A DNA stretch of 64,000 nucleotides from an uncultured Chloroflexia bacterium. GTDB lineage: Bacteria > Chloroflexota > Chloroflexia > QHBQ01 > JADMIH01. The translations under genes were made by a program, and so were the position numbers. Positions 10,741 through 20,710 of the stretch are shown piece after piece. Below the pieces are notes generated by a model that did not search any database, was not told where the DNA came from, and saw only the letters and a list, made by a program, of their open reading frames with translations. Within the stretch, counting starts at the first letter, position 1, and the number at the start of each line of letters is the position of its first letter. The stretch spans positions 256,001-320,000 of the forward strand of contig CAWCNY010000003.1 of NCBI GenBank assembly GCA_963797095.1. Direction: 5' to 3'.

Positions 10741-10967
10741 GGGTTCCCTCCTTGGGATGGGGGTATACGGGATATTACCGGTGCTACTCTCCGTCGAGCG
10801 GGCGGGAATACATCAGTATGGGCGCAATAGGGTATACGCTCGAAATGCAACCTGGGATTTACAGGAGAATGCGTCGCAGCACTGCGCCGGTGCCCCTGTA
10901 TCCCGGCTTTGCAGCCAATGGCCGGGATGGGATTGAGCAGCTAATGTGCAATCCCGGTCACAAAGTG

Positions 10968-10996
10968 ATTATAAATAGCACGGCATGAATGGTCAA
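10968..10996 (-). promoter_or_regulatory. Sigma70 promoter of the osmoprotectant ABC operon
   Basis: TTGACC-17 bp-TATAAT on the minus strand, ~220 nt upstream of the start codon. Confidence 0.7.
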
Positions 10997-11026
10997 GAAC
11001 ACTTGTTGCAAAGTACTTAACAAACC

Positions 11027-11058
11027 GGAAGGCCATCACCCCATGATGATGGCCTTCC
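11027..11058 (-). terminator. Hairpin after the ECF sigma gene, possible terminator
   Basis: ggaaggccatca / tgatggccttcc 12-bp stem with only a weak U tail. Confidence 0.5.
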
Positions 11059-11086
11059 AACCGAAAGGGGAGAAGAAGGAAGGAGA

Positions 11087-11728
11087 CTATATCAGTTCAG
11101 CGCCCACCTTGAGCGCCTTTTGTATGGCCCGGTGCTGAATGACCTTGGCGTTGGCCTCTGTAATCCGCAGGGCGGCGGCGGTCTCTTTCAGGCTGCAACC
11201 TTGCAGAAAGCGAAGCTCCAGCACCCGGCGATAGTTTTCGGGCAAAAGTGCAAGCACCGCATGCACCCTCTCGACAGCCAGGTCAATATCTGCATCTTGA
11301 AGAGTACCCAGAACAATCGGCCCGGCGGCCAGGTGTAGCGGAGCATTCTCTTCCAGTTCTTCAAGGCTGGCGCTGACGCCCCGGTAGTATCCACGCCAGT
11401 GGTCCGTGATAGTGGTGCGGGTCACCTGGTAGAGCCACGCAAGCCGGGTTTGCTCCGTCTGGTCAACGTCTATCGAGTTAGCGGCCTTCATAAAGACCTG
11501 GGATGCAATATCCTCCGCGTCTTCGCGGTTGCCCACTTTGAAGAAGATGAACCTGTAAATCTGCTCGACATGAGCATCATAAATAGCCTCAAGAGCAGCT
11601 TTGCGAGAGTTGGCAGAGTCAGCGGCGCGACCGTGAGCCGTAACGCCTTTTGTTTTACCGGCGTCCTCGGTCCCTGATATATTGCTTGGAACCCTATCTT
11701 GTGTAATGGAGATGCCGAGAGCGTTCAT
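11087..11728 (-). CDS. ECF RNA polymerase sigma factor
   Basis: Region 2 (DAEDIASQVF...AWLYQVTR) and region 4 (LPENYRRVLELRFLQGCSLKETA). Confidence 0.9.
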   Translation of the reverse strand: MNALGISITQDRVPSNISGTEDAGKTKGVTAHGRAADSANSRKAALEAIYDAHVEQIYRFIFFKVGNREDAEDIASQVFMKAANSIDVDQTEQTRLAWLYQVTRTTITDHWRGYYRGVSASLEELEENAPLHLAAGPIVLGTLQDADIDLAVERVHAVLALLPENYRRVLELRFLQGCSLKETAAALRITEANAKVIQHRAIQKALKVGAELI

Positions 11729-11804
11729 TAGCCTGCCTTCCAGGGTCTGGTCTCCTATGCCCGGTCGCGGCCCGCACCGCTTCTTCTGCCTTTGTTCTGG
11801 CGCA

Positions 11805-11870
11805 ATGATAAGCGCACGCGCCTGAGAATCCCCTGAAAGGCATCAAGAGCCTCCTTAAGATGGCCTTAAA
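11805..11870 (-). promoter_or_regulatory. 11-bp-periodic direct repeats over the -35 region plus -10 TATCAT (OmpR/PhoB-type activator boxes)
   Basis: cctgag (11821), cctgaa (11832), tcaaga (11843), cttaag (11854), cttaaa (11865). Minus-strand TATCAT at 11810-11805. Confidence 0.55.
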
Positions 11871-12124
11871 GTGGTGGAGTGATCAGAAACATGAAACATC
11901 GCGAGTTCTGGGTGCGAGTTCGCAGATGTACAACTTGTTTCTAAAATTCGGGGAAGGGGCTGGGGTGAGACCTCCGCTGGCATCCCTCATCCGTTTTGCA
12001 CACGAATCCCGAAAGCTCGCGATGATCCAAGTCGAGACGCCAGCACAAATATGTCCTTAAGTACTTTTGACCTGTGTTACCCTACAGAGTATTATTAACC
12101 AAGCTCAATCGAAGATAGGAACCA

Positions 12125-12841
12125 ATGCAGGTCAAACAAAGCATCCTGGTAGTAGATGATGATCCCCGCCTTCTGAGGCTGGTGCGCGTGAACCTGGAGA
12201 AAGCCGGGTTCGTGGTGAACACGGCTGCCGGCGGCACAGCAGCCCTTGAGCAATTCGATCTGGAACTGCCCGATGCCATGGTGGTAGACGTTACCATGCC
12301 CGGCATGGACGGATTCACCCTCACACAGCGAATACGCGAAGTATCCAACGTTCCGATCATCATATTGACGGCTATGGGAGAGCAGTCGCAGAAAGTGCGC
12401 GGCCTTGAGCTGGGAGCCGACGACTACATAACCAAACCGTTCGACCCGGAAGAGCTTGTGGCGCGTGTGCGCGCTCTCCTCCGCAGGAGCCAGTCAGCAA
12501 GCAGCGACAGTCAGGCCGGTCACGTAATTCAAGCAGGCGGTCTCACAATAGATTTCCTGAAGCGCAAAGTGGAATACGACGGCAAGCCCGTCAAGCTGAC
12601 GCCGACCGAATACAAATTGCTCCAGCAGTTGGCCCAACAAGCCGGCAAGGTGATTCCCCATACCGATCTGCTATCCAAAGTGTGGGGGCCCGAGTATCGA
12701 GACGAAACAGGCTACCTGTGGGTCTACATCCGCTCCCTACGACAAAAGTTGGAGCCTGACCCCTCCAACCCCCAATTCATCATGTCCGAACCGGGCTTCG
12801 GATATCGGTTCCAGATTCCGAGGCCTACAGGTGAGGACTAA
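12125..12841 (+). CDS. OmpR/KdpE-family response regulator
   Basis: VVDDD, DVTMPGMDG, GADDYITKPF receiver domain. LTPTEYKLL...GFGYRF winged helix. Confidence 0.93.
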   Translation: MQVKQSILVVDDDPRLLRLVRVNLEKAGFVVNTAAGGTAALEQFDLELPDAMVVDVTMPGMDGFTLTQRIREVSNVPIIILTAMGEQSQKVRGLELGADDYITKPFDPEELVARVRALLRRSQSASSDSQAGHVIQAGGLTIDFLKRKVEYDGKPVKLTPTEYKLLQQLAQQAGKVIPHTDLLSKVWGPEYRDETGYLWVYIRSLRQKLEPDPSNPQFIMSEPGFGYRFQIPRPTGED

Positions 12842-12874
12842 CCGCTACCACCGGTCTCGCTTCACGAGAGTTGG

Positions 12875-14854
12875 ATGGCAATGAAGCACATCACTCTGCT
12901 ATCGCAATTCTCGATCATTAGCCTCGTCCTTATGGTAGGCATTGGCCTGATGCTCGGTTTCAGCCTGACCCACTATTTTGAGCAGACGGCGATAGCCCAG
13001 CAGCGAGACGCAGTGCGCGACCTCGTGCCCCCACTCATCGGAGACCACATCACCGACGATGTACTCCAACACGGCGCGCAGGGCGATAGCTACATAGACA
13101 TAGAGCGCATGCTGGCGAATCTGGGCGGGTCGGGGCTGGTGCGCGTCAAGATATGGAACCGCCAGGGCGACATTGTCTATTCGGACGACAAGAACCTCCT
13201 AGGCCAGCAGTACGATATAGATGAGTCTCTAGCCCAGGCGCTGGATGGCCTGACGGTCGCCGATATATCCGAGCTATCAAAGGCCGAAAACGTAGAGGAA
13301 AGTGGGTTCGGCGAATTGCTCGAAGTCTATACGCCTCTCAGGCAAGGCGGCAAGAGCGAAATCGTAGGCGCGTTCGAGGGATATTACGACATCACAGATC
13401 TCAGGGACAGAATGAACGCCACCAACCAATTCCTCTGGATCAGCATCGCCTTCGGCTTTTCGTTCCTCTATGTGTCCCTCTTTACCCTGGTGAGGTCGGC
13501 CTCTCAGAGGATCACAAGGCAGGCGCGCGAAAACGAGGTTCTCCTCGAAGACACAGAGCGAAAGGCAGCCCGTCTCGCGGTCGTGAACGAACTGGCCCGC
13601 TCGATAAACCAGTCGGCCCTCGATCTTGAGGAGGTATTCCAGACCGCCCTGCGCGGTATCGACCGCATCGTGCCGAACAATGGAGCAAACATCAGCCTGC
13701 TCGATGAGCAAAACGGCGACCTACTCGATACCGTATATACGAACAACGCGGAGGGCAGCGCCCAAAGACTCAAGCGCGAAGAACTCGACATAGAGTGCGC
13801 GCGCCGGTTATTGAACGGCGGCGATACCTTTGTCAGCAGCGACATCACCGGGATCGAGGACCCGTCGATGCAGTTGCTGGCCGAGAGCGGCACACGATCC
13901 CTGCTCCTCGTCTCTATAAGCCTGGGGCCGCGCAGGTTGGGCCTGATCACCCTCACCGCCGCAGACAAGTATGCCTTTGGGCACGATGATGCCCAGATCC
14001 TCAAGAGCGTAGCCGATCAGCTGGCGGTGGCTATCGAGAATTCGTGGCTGATAGCAGAAACAGCCGAGACCACCGCCCTGCGCGAAGCCAACAAACTCAA
14101 GGACGACTTTATGTCGATGGTATCCCACGAGCTACGAACGCCGCTTGCGTCCATCAAAGGTTATTCGCGCACGCTCCTTGCCGACGACGGCCACTGGGAC
14201 GACGAAACGCGCTCCGAGTTCCTGAACATCATCTCCGACGAAAGCGATAAGCTGGCTGAACTGGTGGAGAACCTGCTGGAGATGACCCGCATAGACGGCG
14301 ACAGGCTGAGGATCATGCCTGAGCCGGTGCTCCTGGGGCGATATTGCCGGGATGTGGTGGCGCGGGTCAGCAACCAGTACCGAGATATCAAGTTCGAGTG
14401 CGAGGTGAGCGACAAACTTCCTCTTGTAGAGGCCGACCCGCGCCGGTTGGAACAGGTGCTTGTGAACCTCCTTCAGAACGCCGCCAAATACTCGCATGCG
14501 GAAGTGATCAAGGTGAAGGCCGACTACGATGGCGATTGGAGCGTGGTCATCTGCGTAGAAGATGATGGCATCGGGATCGCGCCTGAGCACCTCCCGCACC
14601 TCTTCGACAAGTTCTACAGGGTAGAGGCCAAAGGCGAGAGCGGCGTAGGCATAAGCGCTGGCACGGGCCTCGGCCTGACCATCTCAAAGGCGCTGGTAGA
14701 AGCCCAGCGTGGGCGCATTTGGGTAACAAGCACCCCCGGCAAGGGGACGACCTTCTATTTCACGGTGCCAACACTACGTATGCACGACTATGGTGAGCAC
14801 AACGACAAGGCGGAGCCGGGAGTGACTCAAACAACATCCATATCCGCCCGCTAG
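12875..14854 (+). CDS. Membrane sensor histidine kinase with GAF domain
   Basis: Two TM segments, GAF-like region, SHELRTPL, NLLQNAAKY, DDGIG, GTGLGL. Confidence 0.93.
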   Translation: MAMKHITLLSQFSIISLVLMVGIGLMLGFSLTHYFEQTAIAQQRDAVRDLVPPLIGDHITDDVLQHGAQGDSYIDIERMLANLGGSGLVRVKIWNRQGDIVYSDDKNLLGQQYDIDESLAQALDGLTVADISELSKAENVEESGFGELLEVYTPLRQGGKSEIVGAFEGYYDITDLRDRMNATNQFLWISIAFGFSFLYVSLFTLVRSASQRITRQARENEVLLEDTERKAARLAVVNELARSINQSALDLEEVFQTALRGIDRIVPNNGANISLLDEQNGDLLDTVYTNNAEGSAQRLKREELDIECARRLLNGGDTFVSSDITGIEDPSMQLLAESGTRSLLLVSISLGPRRLGLITLTAADKYAFGHDDAQILKSVADQLAVAIENSWLIAETAETTALREANKLKDDFMSMVSHELRTPLASIKGYSRTLLADDGHWDDETRSEFLNIISDESDKLAELVENLLEMTRIDGDRLRIMPEPVLLGRYCRDVVARVSNQYRDIKFECEVSDKLPLVEADPRRLEQVLVNLLQNAAKYSHAEVIKVKADYDGDWSVVICVEDDGIGIAPEHLPHLFDKFYRVEAKGESGVGISAGTGLGLTISKALVEAQRGRIWVTSTPGKGTTFYFTVPTLRMHDYGEHNDKAEPGVTQTTSISAR

Positions 14855-14870
14855 CCGGGACGCACTAGCC

Positions 14871-15839
14871 CTACCCGCCCAGCACCCGAATATAAACATC
14901 CACATCCACGTTGCCACCGCTCACCACGCAGCATACGCGCTTCCCCCCGAACAAATCAGGCTCGGTTAGCAAAGCTCCTGTTGTGAGCGCGCCCGTCGGC
15001 TCAACCTTGAGGTTGGCTGCCGAATAGAGAGTTCGCAACCCCTCGGCGATCTTGTCTTCCGGCACCTCCACTATCCGCCGGAGGCCACCGCTTATTATCT
15101 CCCAGTTCAACTTGCCCACGCTTGGAGTGCGCGTACCATCGGCTATGGTCGCAGGTTCAGAATCCAACGTCACCAGTTCGCCCGACCGCAACGAGCGGGC
15201 GGCATCATTCCCCAGGAGCGGTTCCGCGCCGATCACTTCCACATCGGGAGCAAGGAGATCGCGGGCCACAATAATCCCTGAAATGAGGCCGCCGCCACCC
15301 ACGGGGCATACCACGCAATCAAGCCCTCCCGGCCCGAATCGCTCGAAAATCTCCCTTCCCAGTGTGGAGTTGCCCGCCACCACCCGATAGTGGTCGAACG
15401 GCGGCGCGTAGAAAGCGTCCGGGTGCACGCTCATCATCTCCGTCGTGTACAATTGCCTGCTCTTGGTGGTGGTATCGATCAGGCGCACCTCGCCCCCGTA
15501 GGCCCTGATGTTGGCCTGCTTCGTCCTGGACGAATTGGCGGGCATAAGCACCGTGCAGTGCTTACCGAGCAACATGCAGGCATAGGCCACCGCCTGCCCG
15601 AAGTTGCCCGACGAAGTGGTAATAACCTCTTTGCTCTCGACCTCGCGCAAGAGGTTAAAAGCAGCGCGGAACTTGAAGCTGCCCGTTATCTGCAATGTCT
15701 CACTGGCGAGGGCAACATCGGCTCCCAGGGCATCGCTCAAGAGCTTCGTGCTGTGAAATGTGGTTGGCCGGACATGAGGGGCCAGCTCGGACCACACACG
15801 GCGTATATATTCCTCTGTCAATTGTTCGCGCATCGTCAC
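14871..15839 (-). CDS. Threonine/serine dehydratase (PLP fold II)
   Basis: TGSFKFRAA, SSGNFGQA, PVGGGGLISG, VSGGNVD. Confidence 0.88.
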   Translation of the reverse strand: MTMREQLTEEYIRRVWSELAPHVRPTTFHSTKLLSDALGADVALASETLQITGSFKFRAAFNLLREVESKEVITTSSGNFGQAVAYACMLLGKHCTVLMPANSSRTKQANIRAYGGEVRLIDTTTKSRQLYTTEMMSVHPDAFYAPPFDHYRVVAGNSTLGREIFERFGPGGLDCVVCPVGGGGLISGIIVARDLLAPDVEVIGAEPLLGNDAARSLRSGELVTLDSEPATIADGTRTPSVGKLNWEIISGGLRRIVEVPEDKIAEGLRTLYSAANLKVEPTGALTTGALLTEPDLFGGKRVCCVVSGGNVDVDVYIRVLGG

Positions 15840-16078
15840 TCCCGTAATAAATAGCTCAGGCCATGCTCATCGCTCCCCAGGGACCCTCTCCAGTATAAAA
15901 CAACACCGTAATCACGCCCACCAGTCGCACCCACGAGGCATTCCCTCCTCAGCAACAACCCCATTGTCCCAGGAGGGCACACCCTCAATCTCGACATTCC
16001 ACCCGGGCAAAGTCCCGGAGGGATCGTAGACAATAGCCCACGACACAACTCCTGTGGTCAGAACACCCCCAGGCCAAC

Positions 16079-16162
16079 TCCCGAAGGGACGCGCAAGAAC
16101 ATAGCCCAGGGCGTAAGCCCTGTGGTAAGCCAAGGAAGATGCCATAGCCCCGTAGGGGCGTA
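16079..16162. repeat. REP-like element (cccgaagggac / agcccagggcgtaagccctgtgg / gccccgtaggggcg), copy 1
   Basis: The same motif order recurs at ~39190-39275 and ~57797-57878. Confidence 0.75.
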
Positions 16163-16226
16163 ATAGCTCTGCGATCCGCTGTGATGCAATACCCCTAAAC
16201 CTCCCTTCACGAACACCCCACCAAAA

Positions 16227-16359
16227 ACCACCCGAAAGTACACCCCAAAACCTGCCCCGTTTTGCCCCACCAATGCCATTAAGTTAGCGAGGGAAGATCC
16301 AACCACCAACTCAAGAACCTGACAGATCCCGGATCGCCGGCTATACCAAAGTACACATT
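16227..16359. repeat. ~135-bp dispersed module, copy 1
   Basis: accacccgaaagtacaccccaaaacctg...tgccattaagtta...ccggatc...ataccaaagtac matches 58053-58186, with a partial copy at 39413-39485. Confidence 0.75.
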
Positions 16360-16395
16360 CTCACCACCATCGCCCACGTGTGGCGTCCACTCAAG

Positions 16396-16424
16396 TTGGC
16401 AAACATCCAAGTAAATCGTACAAT
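16396..16424 (+). promoter_or_regulatory. Sigma70 promoter
   Basis: TTGGCA-17 bp-TACAAT upstream of the ATG at 16479. Confidence 0.55.
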
Positions 16425-16478
16425 GTGATGTTACGGCAAAGAAGTTACCATCCATTCGTTACGCAAGGGTACAACACT

Positions 16479-17348
16479 ATGAGCTACAAACTTAGAATCG
16501 ACATCAAGGCAGCACAACATGATAGAGGTTGGGACAGCATATTGGCATACGCCCGGGACACCGATGCTCTTGAGACATTCGGCGGGTTCTGGCTCTTCGA
16601 CCACTTTGTTCCCATAAACGGGCACGTCGAAGGGCCATGCATGGATGGCTGGACCCTGCTTGGGGCGCTCGCATCAGCCACAAAACGCGTGCGACTGGGG
16701 TTGATGGTCGGCTGCAACGGCTACCGCTACCCGGCTGTGCTCGCCAAGATCGCCACGACCGTAGACCGAGTGAGCGGCGGCAGGCTCGATATGGGGCTTG
16801 GTGCCGGGTGGTTCGAGCTTGAGTACAACATGTACGGCATACCGTTCCCCCCACCCGCCCAACGCATACACGAACTGGACGAAGCATGCGAGGTGCTAAA
16901 AAGGCTCTGGACCCAGGAGCTGGCCGACTTCGAAGGCAAATACTATAACCTGAAGGCGGCGCGCCACGAACCCAAGCCCGTGCAGAAGCCTTACCCACCT
17001 ATCGTGCTCGGCGGGGGCGGCGAAAAGCTGACCCTGCGGGTGGTGGCAAAGCACGCCGACATGTGGAACTTCGGAGGTGGATCACCCGAAGAAGGTGTTC
17101 GCAAGTTCCGTATACTTGACGAGCATTGCGAGGCCGTCGGGCGCGATCCATCAGCCATCAGGCGCTCGGCCCAGTTCTACATGCGAAGCGCAGACGAGAT
17201 AGATGGAGTGCGGGCGCGAGTAGAACAGTATGCAGAGGTTGGTTTCGACCACGTGTGCGTGGGGCTACCAACAGCGTATGTACCCGGCCTAGTAGAAGAG
17301 ATCGGCAAGCGGATCGAGCCGCTGCTGGGCCAGCTCGTTGCAATGTAG
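16479..17348 (+). CDS. LLM-class (probably F420-dependent) oxidoreductase
   Basis: WLFDHF, YRYPAVLAKIATTVD, GLGAGW, PKPVQKPYPPI, GGGEKLTL. Start moved to the ATG after the promoter. Confidence 0.88.
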   Translation: MSYKLRIDIKAAQHDRGWDSILAYARDTDALETFGGFWLFDHFVPINGHVEGPCMDGWTLLGALASATKRVRLGLMVGCNGYRYPAVLAKIATTVDRVSGGRLDMGLGAGWFELEYNMYGIPFPPPAQRIHELDEACEVLKRLWTQELADFEGKYYNLKAARHEPKPVQKPYPPIVLGGGGEKLTLRVVAKHADMWNFGGGSPEEGVRKFRILDEHCEAVGRDPSAIRRSAQFYMRSADEIDGVRARVEQYAEVGFDHVCVGLPTAYVPGLVEEIGKRIEPLLGQLVAM

Positions 17349-17364
17349 GAGGAACTCGCAGAAG

Positions 17365-18090
17365 GTGAAAGGCTTCAAATACTTTGATGTAGTAATGGTC
17401 GCGTTCGTGGCAGTGCTCCTGATCAGCAACATCGCCTCCAACAAGTTCGTGGACCTCGGCATATTCCAATTCGACGGGGGCACCATCCTGTTCCCTCTCA
17501 GCTACATCTTCGGAGATGTGCTTACCGAGGTCTACGGCTACAAGCGCTCGCGACGCGTGATCTGGATGGGGTTCGGAGCAGCGGCGCTGATGGCGCTCGT
17601 AATCTGGATCGTGACCATCCTCCCCATCCCCTCCAACCAGGGGCCGCAGCCCCAATCTGAAGCGTTCAACATGGCCCTCGCCGGAACTCCCTACATAGTG
17701 CTCGGCAGCCTCGTTGCCTACTTCGCTGGCGAGTTCTCCAACTCCTTCATCCTCGCCAAGATGAAAATAGTTACCAAAGGTAGGTGGCTCTGGTCCCGCA
17801 CTATCGGTTCAACCATAGTAGGTGAGGGGGTCGATACTCTCCTGTTCGCGTCCATTGCCTTTGCGCTCGGAGGCGCGCTTCTGGGCACGCCCTGGGAAAC
17901 AGGCGCTCTCTGGACCCTCATTGTCTCCAACTATGTATTCAAAGTGGGCGTCGAAGCCATATTTACACCGGTCACCTATGCGGTAGTAAGTTTCCTCAAG
18001 CGCACCGAGCACGAGGACTATTACGACGTAGGAACAGATTTCAACCCCTTCACCCTATCCTCAGCCGAACCCCAGGGCGCGACACAATAG
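17365..18090 (+). CDS. Queuosine precursor transporter (YhhQ/VUT family)
   Basis: ISNIASNK, GDVLTEVYGY, RTIGSTIVGEGVDT. Confidence 0.88.
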   Translation: MKGFKYFDVVMVAFVAVLLISNIASNKFVDLGIFQFDGGTILFPLSYIFGDVLTEVYGYKRSRRVIWMGFGAAALMALVIWIVTILPIPSNQGPQPQSEAFNMALAGTPYIVLGSLVAYFAGEFSNSFILAKMKIVTKGRWLWSRTIGSTIVGEGVDTLLFASIAFALGGALLGTPWETGALWTLIVSNYVFKVGVEAIFTPVTYAVVSFLKRTEHEDYYDVGTDFNPFTLSSAEPQGATQ

Positions 18091-18116
18091 GCACAGGCAC
18101 GCGTTCGCGTATCTGC

Positions 18117-20489
18117 CTACGTGTCAGGGGTCACCCGCAACACCGACCGGGGCTTAGGCACGCGATCCTTTACGCCCGGTGGCTGGTTGAACATATAGAA
18201 GTCGATCCCGGCTTCGCCGGGCCCACAATTGGCCTGCTCGGCAACCGTCTCCTTATGCTCTGGGACCGCTTTGCCCGACTCGACAAATTGCCTCAGATCA
18301 AGGTCGTGGTTATCGGGGTCCGGGAATTGCCCTCGGCTGTATGCTTCCCACGCGTCGAGTAGCCTGATCAGCGAATCTGCAAAGTGGTAAGCTTTATGCC
18401 TGCGATCGTCGTTCGCATAGTACTTGTATGGAAAATCCTCCACCGAGGTCGCAGGCTGGCCGGGGTCCTCCACCAGCAAGCTTGCGTAGTCGCGCTTCTT
18501 GAAGGCATATTTGAATTTCTGAAGCTGAATCTCAAGCTGAGACATAAGCGTGAGGAAGCGTGTCCAGCGGTGGTGGTCAAAATCGAATTCCCCGAAAGTC
18601 TCACCTGCCCACTCCCCCTTCAATTGCATGGCGCGTATGATGTTTGGGTCCATATCGAGGTTCATGCCGCCTTCCTCCGGCGTTAGGCGCACCGTCACGA
18701 TACGCTCCCGGTAGCCGGGTAAGGCAGCTTGCAGGTTGTCATGGTTCTCTCGTGCCGTATCCACCACCCGCATCAGGAAGGCAAAAGGGCTGCCGTCTAC
18801 ATCTCGCCAATCGGTGGCAGGCAGAGCTTTGGGATCCCCAATCGTCACCTCTCCGGCTGTGCTTTCGCTTGCGGGGGGCGGATTAGAGGCCAGGTCATCT
18901 ACATCCTCGCCACCTTCCGAGCCTGCGATAAGACTCACCGCATTGGCGAACACCTTCTGGTCGCCCACCGAGCTAGGCTCATCCTGCATGTATGAAAGAT
19001 CGATCCCGAAGGTTGGGCGCGTGGGCAGCCACTTATCGAAGCTGTGGATCGGGAAGTTGCTGGTCGTGCCGCCGTCGCTGAAGAAATGCTTTTGCAGATC
19101 GTCGGTGTCTATGAGCGGTTCGTGCTGGCTTGCCTTCCTGAAGGACGATGGCTTGATGGTATAGAAAGGCACGGCGCTGAAGAAGACCGGGATGGCAAGG
19201 CTCATCCGCATAGCCACCACCACCGGGAAGTCCTCGGGGTCGGGCAGAAAGTAATAGCCGGGCGGCAGGGTGCACCATCTCTTGGGCCTGGCTGCGTCGG
19301 CGAGAGGTTCGGCAAGTTCGTCTACAAAGGTGTCCGACTTATATCTGTGTGCCACCATGTGAGCAACCACCGGCGCTGGGAAGAGGCGTTCCATATCCTC
19401 CTTCCTGAAAAGGAATATGCGCGACTTGAACGGAAGCCTGTAGGGGATGCCCTGGCTGACGTTGGTGGTGATCATTTGCAGGGTGATGCTCTTTGATACA
19501 GGCTTACCACTTTTGTCCGGCACGGTGCGCCCGCAAAGTTGCCCGAATGTGAGCGGCGCAGGCTCCCATTTCATTCCCGCCACATCGTTCAACTTCTCGT
19601 AGAGATAATCGGTGAGAAGCACCGGCTGCCCGCGCTTATAGTCGGGGTCGTGGCCGTTAACGATGCCCATATCGTTGCGCGGGACTTCCTCGGTGAACAC
19701 TCTAAGCCCCAGGTCGGCCACGCCACCCAATACTCCACCGAGCGTGCCCAACAGGATGGTAAAGAACGCGGCCAGCAGCAAAGCCCAGTTACCTGGGCCG
19801 AGCCAGGCGTCGAGCGCCCACCCAATCCCCAGGAGCAACAAACCACCCGCCACCCCCACGAACGCGTTGAGCAGGCGGCCCAGGAGGTTCTTCAACAGGT
19901 ACCCGGCCACAAAACCGAGCACCACCGGAATAGCTGCCAGCACCCAGCCTCCCCAACCGGAGTTCAAACTGGAAACCCAATCGGTTGGCAATATTGAAGC
20001 CAGCCATCCCCACACACCCGCTACCGCATAGGAGAGTGACGCGCCAAGAATGATCCCGATCAGCGCGCCCATTCCGAACCCAAAAGTGTCGAATCGAGCC
20101 AGAGAGCGGATCGTATTCGTCACTTTGCCTGAGGCGGTACGTCGCTTATTGCGTCCCCCGAATGCACCCGTGGCATGGAGTAATTCGAGGATTGGACGGG
20201 TGCCTTTGGGCGCTCCAAACCGCGTGAACAGTTGGGCGCTGAAGTCGTCGGCCAGGGCGCGCATGCGCTCAAAGCCGTCGCTGCCCTCCTCGTCAATGCT
20301 CAGGCGGCCATATTCGGCTGCCGCCACCACGGCGGCCGCAACCGCCCCGGCCGATGTGCCACCTATGGAGGCAAATGTGTAACTATCCTTCAGCTTGGTA
20401 ATCGCATATGGGTAGACGATGCCGCTTGTCACGCCACCCTTCATTACCAGGTCACATTCGTTTGCGGGCAACTTACTATCTGTGGGCAT
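18117..20489 (-). CDS. Membrane-embedded patatin-like phospholipase (SuhR-like)
   Basis: MKGGVTSG, GTSAG and SDGG motifs, with 4 hydrophobic helices inside the domain. ATG 20489 has SD GAGGAG. Confidence 0.85.
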   Translation of the reverse strand: MPTDSKLPANECDLVMKGGVTSGIVYPYAITKLKDSYTFASIGGTSAGAVAAAVVAAAEYGRLSIDEEGSDGFERMRALADDFSAQLFTRFGAPKGTRPILELLHATGAFGGRNKRRTASGKVTNTIRSLARFDTFGFGMGALIGIILGASLSYAVAGVWGWLASILPTDWVSSLNSGWGGWVLAAIPVVLGFVAGYLLKNLLGRLLNAFVGVAGGLLLLGIGWALDAWLGPGNWALLLAAFFTILLGTLGGVLGGVADLGLRVFTEEVPRNDMGIVNGHDPDYKRGQPVLLTDYLYEKLNDVAGMKWEPAPLTFGQLCGRTVPDKSGKPVSKSITLQMITTNVSQGIPYRLPFKSRIFLFRKEDMERLFPAPVVAHMVAHRYKSDTFVDELAEPLADAARPKRWCTLPPGYYFLPDPEDFPVVVAMRMSLAIPVFFSAVPFYTIKPSSFRKASQHEPLIDTDDLQKHFFSDGGTTSNFPIHSFDKWLPTRPTFGIDLSYMQDEPSSVGDQKVFANAVSLIAGSEGGEDVDDLASNPPPASESTAGEVTIGDPKALPATDWRDVDGSPFAFLMRVVDTARENHDNLQAALPGYRERIVTVRLTPEEGGMNLDMDPNIIRAMQLKGEWAGETFGEFDFDHHRWTRFLTLMSQLEIQLQKFKYAFKKRDYASLLVEDPGQPATSVEDFPYKYYANDDRRHKAYHFADSLIRLLDAWEAYSRGQFPDPDNHDLDLRQFVESGKAVPEHKETVAEQANCGPGEAGIDFYMFNQPPGVKDRVPKPRSVLRVTPDT

Positions 20490-20710
20490 TGCTGTTCGTC
20501 TCCTCGTTCTGTGGCGACACTCCCTGGAAACAAATCGTTCCAAGGCTCAATCCTGAAAGCGGGCGACAGTGAAAACCCGCTTCCAGACTTACAAGCCCAT
20601 CTTAGCACTCTCAAACGGGAGACACATCAGACATTAAGATTAATCTGGAGGAAAGTACTTCGTGTGCGGACCTGCAATCGGGTGATAACATGAGACACCC
20701 CCCGATTATT

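Noticed and set aside
17300-17365. preQ1 riboswitch before the yhhQ-like gene
   Set aside because: Only 16 bp separate it from the upstream gene, and no preQ1 motif is visible.
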